A DNA stretch of 64,000 nucleotides from Octopus bimaculoides. Its lineage: Eukaryota. The stretch is from NCBI RefSeq assembly GCF_001194135.2, contig NC_068993.1, positions 49,824,654 through 49,888,653 of the forward strand, written 5' to 3'. Both the position numbers and the translations under genes were made by a program. Shown one piece after another: positions 1 to 12,296 of the stretch. Each line of letters starts with the position of its first letter. The first letter of the stretch is position 1. Below the pieces are notes generated by a model. That model saw nothing but the letters and a program-made list of their open reading frames with translations, was not told the DNA's origin and made no database searches.

Positions 1-179
1 AAAGCACCCACTACACTCTCTGAGTGGTTGGCGTTAGGAAGGGCATCCAGCTGTAGAAACTCTGCCAAATCAGACTGGAGCCTGGTGTTGCCATCCGGTT
101 TCACCAGTCCTCAGTCAAATCGTCCAACCCATGCTAGCATGGAAAGCGGACGTTAAACGATGATGATGATGATGATGAT
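1..179 (+). mobile_element. 3' end of young RTE-clade LINE (or RTE-tailed SINE) with (GAT)n tail, cut by window start
   Basis: Ends CCAACCCATGCTAGCATGGAAAGCGGACGTTAAAC(GAT)n; only 2 differences over ~158 nt from the reverse-strand copy at 17149. Confidence 0.85.
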
Positions 180-664
180 AACCTCAACGAATGAACTATT
201 TTACTACTTTTCCCTATGTATTATTTTTTTTCTCTATATTATTTTTTCTATATATATATATATTTTTATTCCACTATATCTGTGCCGGTCTATAATATTT
301 TTAATCAACTTTTTAATCGCAGTTTATTTATTTATGTTGTTCTATTATATTTTTAATCGATTTTATTCTTATGTATAAAAACTTTGACTTCCCTTTGCTA
401 ATTTGGTTTTGTGGTCTATGTTGTACTTCTTATATGTGGTCATTGGTGGGCTGTGGCTTTTTGAGTCGATGACCTAACGGTTTTAATCTGCAATTAACTT
501 TATATGGTGTTAAGGGTTTCTATCACTACCTGGACTCTCTTGATTGGTATCCTCTACTGTAGCTAGGGATGTGTGTGTGTGTGTGCATGTGTGTTTGTAT
601 TGCTCTTGGCTTGATGTATATATGCTGACTGTGAACAAAACGTCACTTCGCATATGAAAAAGTA

Positions 665-855
665 TCAATTTTTTACAATCTTCCTTAAAAGCATGTCCAA
701 GTTACACATTGTTTGAAGATATGTTACCTTGCTTGGAAAGCGGTAAGGGTTGGTGATAGGATGAGCAAGTGTCTGTAAAATGTTCTGAACAAAGTCTTGT
801 CTGACCCATGCAATTATGGATATGTTGCCAGTAATATGTTAATGAAGATGAGGAT
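665..855 (+). mobile_element. Older RTE-type 3' end fragment
   Basis: CCTTGCTTGGAAAGCGGTAAGGGTTGGTGATAGG...CTGACCCATGCAA...ATGAAGATGA; related to the copies at 16755, 25750, 5397 and 36912. Confidence 0.6.
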
Positions 856-921
856 TAATATTATAATATATAAACATAGTGATTTTGTGTGCACATATCT
901 ATATATATATATATATATATA

Positions 922-1052
922 ATACCTGAATAAAATTATTATATATATATATATATATATATATAATACCTGAATAAAATGATTATATATATATATGTAT
1001 GTATATATTATATATATATACTACCTGAATAAAATTATTATATATATATATA
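922..1052. repeat. Three tandem copies of TACCTGAATAAAAT(T/G)ATTA each followed by (TA)n
   Basis: Unit starts near 923, 967 and 1022. Confidence 0.85.
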
Positions 1053-1220
1053 CACATATATAAATGTAATTATATGCAGTGTTGTGTGAGTGTAAGTGTG
1101 TGTGTATATATATATATGTGTATATGTGTGTGTGTGTGTGCGTGTGTGTGTGTGTGTGCATGTGTAACTGTATATAGATAAATATGTAGGTGTGGGAATA
1201 CTTACATGTATAGATATGCT

Positions 1221-1274
<54 letters not shown>

Positions 1275-1890
1275 AATAACTTGACAATTTCTTTGGTGAT
1301 GGTAGTGGATTAAATATCCATATTTGATAAGAATCTTATTCATTGCTTTTCAATAATTTCATCTTAAAAAGAAAACTATTGGAATGTATGTTGGTTTTTT
1401 TTTTCTTTTCTTTTCATTTTGTTGTTGTTGTTGTTGTTGTTGTTGCTGCTTCTGCTGCAGCTGTTATATCTTTTGTTGTCGTTTTTGTCGTAGTTTGTTT
1501 TTATCCTTCATATTGTTTGCTGCGTCTTCTTTCTGCCGTTTCTTCTTCCTGCTCCGTCATCGGTGTTGTTGTTGTTGTTGTTCTTGTTGTTGCAATTGCT
1601 GATGTTTCTTGCTACTGATGTCATAGCAAACGTTGTTGTTGTTATTGTTAGCATTGTCATAGATGTTGCTTGTTAGAGTTACTAGTTTTTTTTGTTTTGT
1701 TTTTTTCTTCTCTCCCCCCCACTCTATTCCTGCTATTTCCAACATTATTGTTGTTGTTTCTCCTGCTGCTGCTGCTGCTGCCATTTTTGTTATTGCTGTT
1801 GTCGAGATATTGTTATTTCTATAATAGTAAAGATTACAATAGAAGTATAGCAGAGGAAATGATAATAAATAGGCAGCGTGCCCCTTTGAT

Positions 1891-2300
1891 TATGCTGAAT
1901 TTAACAACTGTATATCTTTAGGGAAATTTTTGATTTCTTGCTGCTGCCAGCTTTACCACAAGGTAGTTGTTGACATACATGAATCTCACCCATCGTAATG
2001 GGGCTGTAGTTTATGGTGGAGAGTGGAGACAAAGAAAGAATAATTCTGTATTGATATCCCTCAGAGAATGCCTGGATATTAAACAGGAACATTTGAATAT
2101 TCGAAACAAATTGAAGCTTTTTCGAAGGAATTTCACGAAACCTTTTCATTTTTTGTTGTTTTATGAAAAGTAAATCCTTCGGAGATTAAGTTATCTGTTT
2201 CTCTGTTTCTTCCGTCATCTCTCTGACAGAAGATATTTGTCAGTATGCATCCCCGCATGGCTCTCTGGAACTTCTCCTCACAATGACTCTCCATTGATAC
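1891..2300 (+). pseudogene. Possible highly decayed Ty3/Gypsy pol (integrase N-terminal zinc-binding region) relic
   Basis: The frame from 1891 reads NNCISLGKFLISCCCQLYHKVVVDIHESHPS*WGCSLWW, which aligns by eye to the Gypsy motif DGCILWGxRVVIPxxLRxxVLxELHEGHPG...WWP. It contains in-frame stops. Confidence 0.35.
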
Positions 2301-3639
2301 TCTTGTTTATATATCGGAATTGTACAAGAATCATTANNNNNNNNNNNNNNNNNNNNNNNNNNNNNNNNNNNNNNNNNNNNNNNNNNNNNNNNNNNNNNNN
2401 NNNNNNNNNNNNNNNNNNNNNNNNNNNNNNNNNNNNNNNNNNNNNNNNNNNNNNNNNNNNNNNNNNNNNNNNNNNNNNNNNNNNNNNNNNNNNNNNNNNN
2501 NNNNNNNNNNNNNNNNNNNNNNNNNNNNNNNNNNNNNNNNNNNNNNNNGACAAAGGGATACAAAACTGTCATAGAATTGAAAACTTTTTCTGTCTTTTTA
2601 TTTATAGGTCTGTGTGTTTTATGTATGTGTGTGTGTGTGTTTTGTTGCTTTCCCGGCTTTTGAAAATCTTCAATTTTTTTATTCTTGAAAAAAAAAAAAA
2701 AAAAGAATAACTCTTTTTGCTTCTACTGTGGTTGCTTGCCGTATATGATGCTAGCAGTAATGTAACTGATGTCTTTTCCTTTTTTCTCCCAATTCTGGTT
2801 GGATGGGGTCCCTCTGCTGTCTCTTTCTTATGTCTCCCTTCATTGTCCATTACTGTTCACTTGTCAATTTGAGAGATAAAAAGAAAAATATAATAATAAA
2901 CACAAAAACCTGTAGAATATTATTTTGTTTCAATTTTCATTATGGAAAACGGATCATTTCTAGACTTTATTCTCTTTCCTTCTTTCGGTTTTTGTTTTTT
3001 GGTTTTTGGGTTTTTTTTTTGGTTCCCCTGTTCTATCCTGACTCACCACCTTTACTCAATACAAGCAAATGCTTGTTGAACTATTAATAGCCAACCTGCT
3101 TCAAACCCATCACGGTTTAGAGACAAAAATAATAGAAGTTTTCAGGTGTGTGGGGAAAAGGTTTTAATTTAATAAAATAAGTTTATGGCTGATTTGATTT
3201 CTACAAAGTCTGTTTTGTAAATGTGGATTGTGCACAGTACACATGGAAATTGTGAAAATACAACTATAAGATTAAAGTAAGATGTCTACAGAAACTTTTC
3301 ATTTGATGAAGAGAAAATAACAATGGCACCATCAGAATAAAACAAATCCAACAACTTACCTGTAATATTTATTTTTCCAGTTTTGGTCAATGATTTGAAG
3401 ATGGATGGTAATTTATAAAAGCTTGTCAAGCAATCAGCACTTCAATTATAAGAATAGGCAGTTCAGTCTAAAGCATTTCACTGTTTTCTTTTGATGTTTA
3501 TATTGTAAATATTTCTCACACAGTATCTTAAAGGATGTAAAAGCTTTTGGCGGAAGTAGATTTATAACCTATCCAAGTCTATGTATGTATGTGTTGCATA
3601 TTTGTATGGCTGTTGTAGTAGTAAGATTTTTTGTTATTT

Positions 3640-3750
3640 AACTTCAGTTCAGCAGACCAACCAGATATTTTATCTATGACTATCCTATAATTTTTTTTTT
3701 TTTGCTGCCATAGTGTATCTAGGACTACATCATCCAATGTTTTTTTTCTT
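3640..3750 (-). repeat. Unclassified ~220 bp interspersed repeat (family D), partial
   Basis: CAGCAGACC...GTGTATCTAGGACTACATCATCCAATG is shared with 12165 and 51064. Confidence 0.55.
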
Positions 3751-3753
3751 TAA

Positions 3754-3972
3754 CCCTTTATCATTTATATTATTCTGTACAATGTACTGCTCATATACTC
3801 ACATTGTTTTTAATTAATTAGGCATTATCTTGCAGTTTCTATATTTCACCAATGTGATTGTGATTCTTAGAATGACATTGTAGAATACATACAAGAGGCC
3901 AGATCTGGCCAGTTTGAAGATAAAGAAAATAAAATATTTGGGCCAGATATGGTCAGTTTAAATGTTAAAGGG
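3754..3972. mobile_element. piggyBac-type MITE
   Basis: Ends CCCTTTA(T)CATTTA...TAAATGTTAAAGGG form imperfect TIRs. Flanks are TTAA (3750-3753) and TCAA (3973-3976), consistent with a TTAA TSD with one substitution. Confidence 0.7.
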
Positions 3973-4811
3973 TCAAGATGTAAGCTGTAAATTAAAAGTT
4001 GTTGGCTACTTCTAGCTGCAGGTTGAGTGACTTCAAAGAGGTTTTTCGATATATGGGTGTGTAATGCATGTATGAAATGCCCAAAAGGGTAAAAAAATAA
4101 AGTTAAAGTGTACTTTTATACATTCCAACGTATATATTTTCCATGATGAAATAGCCTGAGATTTGCACTTTGTAGTGTACAAATCTTCAAAAGAATGTAT
4201 CAACTCATTTGAGTGTACCACTCTTAACATTTGTTTTCTTACATCAAGAGATTGAGCAGGCAATATTGATTTTAAAAATTTACAACATAGTCAATGTCAT
4301 ATCTGATACATGAAATATATTTTAGCAGACTTGCTGAGTGCTATTTTTTAATGCCTTAACTTGTATGTATTATTTATTATATTTAAAGAAATTTTGTTAA
4401 TAGCTAACCACTGTGATGAATCAGCTAGAATGTGTTAGGCTATGGTCAGAAGGTCAAAACCAGTGAATCCATTCTTTAAAAGATTTATGCACTACAAAGT
4501 CACAGTCTTTTTCCACATGCAATATATATACACACATATATGCATTCATTTTTATGTTCATTTTATTGTGTTAGCATGGGTTAGATAACTATATTGTTTT
4601 ACTGCTGGATACTTTTCCTGTCATTAAACCCTTATTTGTTTTTTGTTTTTTTTTTTCAAATAAGAGTCTCTTATTCCACAAGTCTTTTAAAAGGCAAAGC
4701 CAGCAAAGAATTGTTGGTGACAGAAATGACAACATTGCCACTGCATGTAGCTCAGCACATTTTGGGGAATCACAAATGTAAGCAGACACGCATGTGCAGA
4801 CACACATGTGC

Positions 4812-4962
4812 ATATGACAGTCTTCTGTCAGTTATCATATACCATTCACAAGGCTTTGGTTGACCCTGGGTTATAGTAGAAGATATTTGCCCAAGCTGTC
4901 ACACAATTGGACTTGACATGGAATCATGAAGTTGGGAAGTAAAATCCTAAAGCACAGCCATG
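4812..4962 (-). mobile_element. tRNA-derived SINE family A, decayed 5' half
   Basis: CACAAGGCTTTGGTTGACC...TAGTAGAAGATATTTGCCCAAG is the reverse complement of the body of the 7334 copy. Confidence 0.7.
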
Positions 4963-5396
4963 TGTGTGTGTGTGAGTGATTGTCATATATAAGAAATGAG
5001 AGTACGCAGAACCAGCTTGGTAGTGCTGATTATAGTATAATAATAATATAACAATGACTGTTGGTTATTTGTGCACCTGAAGAGTGAATTATGCAACTAT
5101 AACGTAATCTCACTCATTAATTACATTTTATTGTGTGTGTGAGTGTGTCTGCATGCACTTTCAGGTATATAAGTAAGAGTAAAATTCTAAATTCATGTAA
5201 TATCCTATTTATTTATTCTAAGCAGGTGATTCACTATGTCGCTACTCCAAGTCTTTTACTATGTGCATTCATGCAGGTGATTTGGATGAATGCACACAAG
5301 CAAGAAACACAGAATAGTGATAGTGAATCATCGACTTTAGATGAAATAGATAGATTGATAGACATGAAAAAGAAAGATGCAGCAAAGATTATTGAT

Positions 5397-5640
5397 CATC
5401 ATCATCATCATCATGATGTCTGTTTTCTCATGCTAGCATGGATTAGATGAAATTCTGAAGCAGATTTTCAATGGCCAGATGCTTTTTCTATTGCCAACCC
5501 TTTCTTGTTTATTCAAGTAAAATATTTTTGCATTCCATCTGCATCACACGTCTGCTGAACTGCAGAGCAATTATTCTCAGGAGAAAGCAAACTATGTCAC
5601 TGTCTTCTTCTGCTAAGGTGAACATGCCAAAATGACATTT
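5397..5640 (-). mobile_element. Older RTE-type 3' end with (ATC)n tail
   Basis: (CAT)n then GTCTGTTTTCTCATGCTAGCATGG...GCCAGATGCTTTTTC. Confidence 0.6.
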
Positions 5641-5695
5641 ACACACATGAACCTCTCACAGTTTGCCCACACACATGCTGCATACATGTGTGTGT

Positions 5696-5892
5696 CGAAA
5701 GCGCACTGCTGGTGTAGTGAAAGGGGTAAGCTTGGTTTGCAATGTTTGCAATCGTGTATGCTTGTCAAGAGCTGGGCTCATTAGCCACCAACAGAGCCGC
5801 AAATGCAAAATATAAGTTAGTTCTATAGTGTACAATGTTCCTGAAGGTCAGCAATGGTCTTCCTCGGTCACGAGTGGACAGCCATCATCATA
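5696..5892 (+). mobile_element. 3' end of a second RTE-like LINE: C-terminal zinc-finger coding remnant plus short 3' UTR and (ATC)n tail
   Basis: 5696-5815 translates RKRTAGVVKGVSLVCNVCNRVCLSRAGLISHQQSRKCKI*, matching the CxxC-R-C-SRxGLxSH finger at RTE ORF ends; followed by GCCATCATCAT. Confidence 0.7.
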
Positions 5893-5925
<33 letters not shown>

Positions 5926-5954
5926 TTATGTTGTGTGTGTATATATCTATTTGT

Positions 5955-6118
5955 AGCTTCCTCACAGTTTCACTCTTAAGGTCATTGGTTGGATGGGGAT
6001 TATAAGAAAAATTGATTGCCCAAGGTGCTGCACAGTGGGACTGAACCACAAACTACATTGTCAAGAAGTGAACTTCTTAACCACACATTTATGTCAGTTC
6101 CTACAACCGTGCCTGCAT
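5955..6118 (-). mobile_element. SINE family A, decayed
   Basis: TGCCCAAGGTGCTGCACAGTGGGACTGAACC...AACTTCTTAACCACAC. Confidence 0.65.
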
Positions 6119-6214
6119 TTGTTGACAAATAGAAATGTGATTTTGATACTCGTACAATGTTTCTAAGAAACTACAAAGTGAATATCAATTGAAATCTATC
6201 CATGATCAATATAG

Positions 6215-6372
6215 AAAGTAAATGGCAAATTGGTAGAGTGTTGGAGAAAATAATTTGTTGTACTTGCTGTGTCCTTTTATGTTCAGTGTTCAAATCTCAA
6301 CCTGGTTCACTTTATTTTTTCCTTTTTCTGAGTTTGATTAGATATGTTCTGGAATTGATGTAATCAGCTGTA
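6215..6372 (+). mobile_element. Decayed SINE of the family seen at 19500 (Deu/Nin-like domain)
   Basis: TTTATGTTCAGTGTTCAAATCTCAACCTGGTTCACTTT...GATGTAATC resembles the reverse complement of 19500-19677. Confidence 0.45.
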
Positions 6373-6380
6373 CTCTAGAA

Positions 6381-6679
6381 CAGGGGTTTTCAAACGTTTT
6401 GACTTGCGGATCCCTTTATATTTCAGGCTTTACCTTAGGGACCCCCTTGTAAACGCTTATGAAATTTATACATAAATATTTGCTTAAAATAACATATTTT
6501 TATATTTATTTATTTAGCAGTATTTAACAAATAGGTTTATTGTCAATTAAAAGATTTCGATTAAAAAACATATATAAAATCAAATTGCCCATAAAAAGTA
6601 TTTGCTGTCTACGGACCCCCTGTCTTGTCCTTGCGGACCCTCTGTCTTGTCCTTGCGGACCACAGTTTGAAAACCCCTG
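6381..6679. mobile_element. hAT (Charlie-type) MITE, 299 bp
   Basis: Perfect 15-bp TIR CAGGGGTTTTCAAAC / GTTTGAAAACCCCTG; perfect 8-bp TSD CTCTAGAA at 6373-6380 and 6680-6687. Confidence 0.95.
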
Positions 6680-7333
6680 CTCTAGAAGATGGTACCTTGG
6701 TTTGTCACTTGACTACAACTATCAAAAGTATAAAAGAATTTTTATTGATAGACAGATTCATAAATACATGGATGAGAGAAGGAGTGAGAGAGAAAATAAG
6801 AGAAAGCGAGAGATACCACAGGCTAGTTTAATTAACATTTCATAGGAGTATGGCATTAATAATCCTGCCAAATTATTAAAGAAACATAATGTGCATATCA
6901 GTAAAAATCTTTGTCTGCGTTTACTTATTGGCAGAGATGACTCTTTCATTTACAATAGATGTTAGTATATAATGTTTATGCTTAGAGCAAATAAAGTAGT
7001 ATTAATCTATTTTAATTAGATTCTGCTACTATATGTATTTAGATTATGCTATGTATATTTTCTTTCAACTACTTTTTGTCATAATCGCATTATACTCTCT
7101 GTCGTCCATAATGATAATTTGATGCTTAACCTTTTTGATACTAAATTTCTGTTGAAACACACAAGTCTTTGTTTCAGTTAATTTTACAAATGAAGAAGAG
7201 TTTAATAAAAATAACTTTCACCATTATTAAAATGGAACATAGATTTACATGGAAGGTTGATAGGAAGTTTTGGTTTAGATCATTTCAAAACAGGGTGGTC
7301 TTAGTTGGGTTGGTATCAAAAAGATTAACTATT

Positions 7334-7685
7334 AGGCGTAGGAGTGGCTGTGTGGTAAGTAGTTTGCTTACCAACCACATGGTTCCAGGTTCAGTCCCAC
7401 TGCGTGGCACCTTGGCCAAGTGCCTTCTACTATAGCCTCAGGCAGACCAAAGCCTTGTGAGTGGATTTGGTAGACAGAAACTGAAAGAAGCCCATCGTAT
7501 ATATGTATATATATATATATGGCTATGTTTGTGTGTCTACGTCCCCATAACTTAGCAGTTCGGCAAAAGAGACCGATAGAATAAGTACTAGGCTTACAAA
7601 GAATAAGTCCTGAGGTTGATTTGCTCGACTAAAGGCGGTGCTCCAGCATGGCCACAATTGGATAACTGAAACAGGTAAAAGAGTA
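7334..7685 (+). mobile_element. tRNA-derived SINE family A, near full length
   Basis: A-box-like TGGCTGTGTGG, B-box-like GGTTCAGTCCC, CORE-like CACCTTGGCCAAGTG, internal (TA)n, and tail GGCGGTGCTCCAGCATGGCC...GAAACAGGTAAAAGAG. Confidence 0.9.
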
Positions 7686-7913
7686 TTATGCAGTTGCTAG
7701 TCGATACTAAGGATGGTTTCATATTCAATTATGAATTGTCTTTTAAAGATAGTGTGGAGCTTTATCTGTTAGTATGTTTAACCTAACCATGAATAAATGC
7801 ACTGCAAACTGATATAACAAGGAGACATCACACCAGGAGAAACCTTTAGTTCAATATCCATTGGTTGCTCCTTTCAGCATGACATGAAAGAAGTGGTCAG
7901 TATAATGAGTCAG

Positions 7914-8118
7914 TGAGGAAACCGCTTTACAGTCATTTGACACGCTAGACATAGCAACCAAATCTCTATCAAATCGCACTATCATCTGCTAAAAAAAGAC
8001 ATATTGGATAGTTTACTGTCTGTCCAAGACAATTCTGTCTGAATTGAAAAAGGGATGGTCATGGCTTGGAATACTTTTGAAAATAGATGTAGGGTTAAGG
8101 CTGACTTGAAGTTAAGCA
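7914..8118 (+). repeat. Family D repeat, near full length
   Basis: GCTAGACATAGCAACCAAATCTCTATCAAATCGCAC...GGGATGGTCATGGCTTGGAAT; inverse of 51064-51297. Confidence 0.6.
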
Positions 8119-9224
8119 TCATTAACTACAACTGTCTGGTAAAAAATCCTGGCATCTATACAAATTGGTCTTGTTGGTTATGGAAAGCATTGAACTTGTT
8201 TCTTTTGTGTATGTGTGTGTGTTTTGCAAATAAACATAAAGAGTTTATAGAGTCATAAATATTGTATAGGAAGGTTGACTAAAGGTATTAGGCTATCTCT
8301 GTTCATAGTCTGTGAGTTAGAATCTGGTGTAATTGTTATGTTTTGTTGCATTTAGGGAAATAACTTTCTATTATGAATTGTTATATTTTGCCAAAATGTT
8401 GAAGAATAGTTACCAGATCTAGAAATGTTACTTGTAGAAGTCTGACATTCAGTCCAAGCTGGTTGTTTCTTTTGTACCACAAAACCAGAACTCTTAAGAA
8501 CCTCTCACAGGTCAGGATGTATTCACAATACATCCTATCACTCACTCCTTTTTTTTTTTGAATTAACATTTGTTTATTTATTGAAGCTTTGTTTGGTGTT
8601 GTGTGGTAGTGCTTATCACTTTTGCTGATTTTCTGAGACTGGTCACATTGATCATATGATATGCATTTAGAATTTCATCTATTGCTTCAGGGAATATATT
8701 GGTGATGATGTACTTTCAGAGACTTTACATTCTGGGGAGAAAAGGTCAAATAAGGTGGTTTGAGTGGGTCTGGAAGCAAGACATTGTAGAAGTGATGAGA
8801 AGAGAAGAAACAAATACATTGGGTGTATTTGGGTGGAGATGATATGCAATGGAATAGAGAGAGAACAGGTGATAGAGGGGGAAAGAAAGAGAAGATATAG
8901 TACCTAAGAGCCAAACAGCTACCAGCAGCATAAATTTTTTTAAAATAGTTTTTGTTGTTGTCTTCCATATAAAAGCATAGCTATAAACTATTATAGTCAT
9001 GCCTCATGTTATGGAAGTATGACAGACCTGGAAATTTTGCTTAACATGGAACCTACTTTTCCTTTAACTATGTTACATAGAAGTAAATAGTAAAATACAT
9101 TTCCTGTTACAGAATTCTGCATTATGGCAAGATTTTTCATGAATGCAACACTTGTGTAATCAGGGGCATGCCTGAAATTAACAGCAGAAACAAAGAATTA
9201 CATTTAAGCTATAGTGTATAAAGG

Positions 9225-10085
9225 AAAGCCAGATAGCAACTGATAGTGACAGGAGTGGAAATGAACAGTAAAGAAAAATTGAAATTGTTAGCAACAAGAG
9301 TGAAATGTAATGATGAAATTATAGTTTGCAACTGAGCCAAGTAGAAATCTATAAATTATTGATATCTACAGCAATAAATAGAAACTTTCAAGTTACGATT
9401 TATTAATGTAAATAGATAAATAGTTATAAGAAGATTAAAGGGAGCAAAATGGAATTTGAGCTGGAAGGTGGATGGAATTGGTAAAGTTATAGGTGATGGA
9501 GGAAGATTAACTCTGTACATAGCAATGTGCAGCGCCTGTGAAATTATAGTTAGCAATACCAACACAGATTGATAATGATATTACAGTTATTAACAGGATA
9601 GATATGGTAGCAATTGCTATTAGCAACTAGACAGAATGGAGATGGTAAAATTACAGATCGTAACACATCTGAATAGAGAAAACGAGACTGCATACATTTG
9701 GTAAATCATCAGAATAAAGACTAGAAAATTACAGCTAGCAACCCTTAGAATGGAGACAGTAAAGTTATAGTTAGCAACCCATCAAAATGGAGATGGTAAT
9801 ATTACAGTTAGCCACCCATTAAAGTGGAGACAGTAAATAAAATTGCTGTTAGCAATCCCTAAAATGGAGACAGTAAAATAGCAGTTAGCAACTAAGAAGC
9901 AGAATGGAGGTAGTGAAATTACAGTTAGCAACCCATTGGAATAGAGACAGTAAAATTGTAGTTAGCAATCCACTGGAATGGAGACAGTAAAATTACAGTT
10001 AGCAACTCATCAGAATGGAGACAGTAAAATTATGGTTAGCAACCGAGCGGCCGAATTGAGACGGTAAAATTACAGTTAGTAACAG
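9225..10085. repeat. 37-bp minisatellite, consensus ~AAAATTACAGTTAGCAACCCATCAGAATGGAGACAGT
   Basis: GTTAGCAA-type cores at 9287, 9324, 9549, 9586, 9734, 9770, 9807, 9848, 9884, 9924, 9961, 9998, 10035 and 10075; most spacings are 36-41 with mode 37. Confidence 0.9.
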
Positions 10086-11450
10086 ACATTTAAAACTGTA
10101 AAATGAATGTAGAAAAGATTAATAACGGTCATTAATGGATATTTATTCGCGCTTATTCTTTCGGTGAATATATGAGACTGACAGTGTCTGCTGTTGATTG
10201 CAGTCTGAGTTAAAAGTTGTAGCTGCGCATAATCATGGGTTTCATTCAGTGACATTGAGCAGAACAGAAACACACATTTGACAAGCAGCATGCAGACATA
10301 AGCATAAGCCTATATATTCACACTAGCATGCCAGCATGCATGTAGACATATTGCTCATAGGTGCTTAATCACATTCATGATAGAAACACTGGTTGCACAC
10401 ATACAAACACACACACACGCACATACATGCACTGCATATATGTATGAGTGTGTGTGCTTGTATGCATGTGTGCATACATAGTCATTTACCTTAGCATAAA
10501 TGCGCATTAAATAGCATGAATCTATGCATTTACATTTATACATAGTTAAACCATTTACAGAAATATATGCGCATGTGAATAGACATATATCTATCTCTAT
10601 ATACGTTTGCATACACATTTTTGTTGGCATGCACATTTATATAGACATGCATATTTAGACACAGTTTCTCACATCTTATTTAAAATACCTAAGGATGTAT
10701 GTATGTATATAAGCATGTATGTGCCGGCAGATATGTAATATATTCAATTTCTCAAGTACTTTACATTAACAATACACCAGATTTACTGTATTTTAAATTT
10801 ATGACAATTGTGTAGAGTTGGTAATACAGAATGGGTTATCTGAGATATAGAATAGAACTTGTCATTGGTGTGTTTAGTATAGAAATATATAGAATATGTA
10901 GAAACGAATACTACAGGATAAAAATATCAAGATTGCATGTGTGTAAGCGCATTTGTAGCATAGTGTGCATATGGTATGAATTGTATGTATGTGAGTTGTA
11001 TAGCATTTAGGTGTGTATTGTGTGTATGTAAGTATTTCAAGAACGTGGTTTGTCTAACCAGATGTGTGTGTATGGTATATTATGTTTGTGTGTGAGATGG
11101 TGTTTGTGGTATTATACAAGTGTATATGTTGTAAAAGTATGTGATATAATGTGCTTATGAGGATTTTGTATAGAACCCAATATTTTCCCATTGCAAACAA
11201 TCACTTTATTTTTTTGGTATTACTGATTTTCTTAGACTAGGTTCTCCATTGTCAAACGTCCATTGTAAGTTAATGTTTCATTGATGCTGTGGCTCAACTT
11301 TGCAGACAAGCTTCCATTATAGAAAGAGAGAGCCTGTTCTTTAAAATAGGCCATAATGAACCTTAGCTGTTCTGTTTTTTTAATTGTCTTAACTAATTAA
11401 ATCTGCTGAAATCTATTCATTATAAACTAAGATATTTTCATACATTAATA

Positions 11451-11700
11451 TCATCATTGTTCAAAGTCCGCTTTCCATGCTGGCATGGGTTGGACAGTTT
11501 GACAGGTGCTGGCCAGCCAGGGAGCTGTCAAGACTCCAGTTGTCTGTTGTGGCATGGTTTCTATGGCTTGATGCCTTTCCTAATGCTAACCACTTTACAG
11601 GGTGTGTTGGGTGCTTTCTACATGCCACTGGCATGGGTACACTTATGCAGCACTGGCACAAATGCATTTTATATGGCACCAACACCTGCAATGGACAAAT
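11451..11700 (-). mobile_element. RTE-type 3' end, older subfamily
   Basis: GTCCGCTTTCCATGCTGGCATGGGTTGGAC...GATGCCTTTCCTAATGC. Confidence 0.75.
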
Positions 11701-12057
11701 CTGTATGTATGGATGCCAGCAGTTTTACACATGTATAGTTGCAATCTGGGTTCAAATCCTGTTCAGATTAGATTTTACTTTTCTCCTACTGAGTTTAAAA
11801 AAACTAAACTAAACCAGTAAAAGAATATAAATATCTGTATAAACAATGAGTGTATGTGTGTGTAATTATGTTTGTGTGTGTGTGTGTTTCATCATCACCA
11901 TTTTAATGCCTACTTTTCCATGCTTTCATGGGCTAGACAATTCATTGATGCAGGCTTTTTTATGACTTGATGTCCTTGTCACCATATTCACATATATATA
12001 TATATCTATATATATATATATTTATTGGCTAAACTGGCAATATGACCATCCCCAAGT

Positions 12058-12098
<41 letters not shown>

Positions 12099-12164
12099 CT
12101 CATGAATACATATGCACACGCTAACACATACACACACAGACAGAGATGCATACGCAAAAGCATT

Positions 12165-12296
12165 GAGGTTATTTCACCCTAGGTCAACCTTGATTGAGCA
12201 GACCTATGATGACCAATCACATTCCAGCCACGACCATTTTGTCTTTCTCAATGCACAGGGAATCCAGGACTATGTTATCCAATGTGTCCTTTTCCA
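12165..12296 (-). repeat. Family D repeat
   Basis: AGGTCAACCTTGATTGAGCAGACCTATGAT...CCAGGACTATGTTATCCAATGTG. Confidence 0.6.

Noticed and set aside
9540-10085. CRISPR-like look (conserved repeat with a variable segment)
   Set aside because: Eukaryotic context with no cas genes; the variable parts are ~10 nt and related to each other, so this is a minisatellite.
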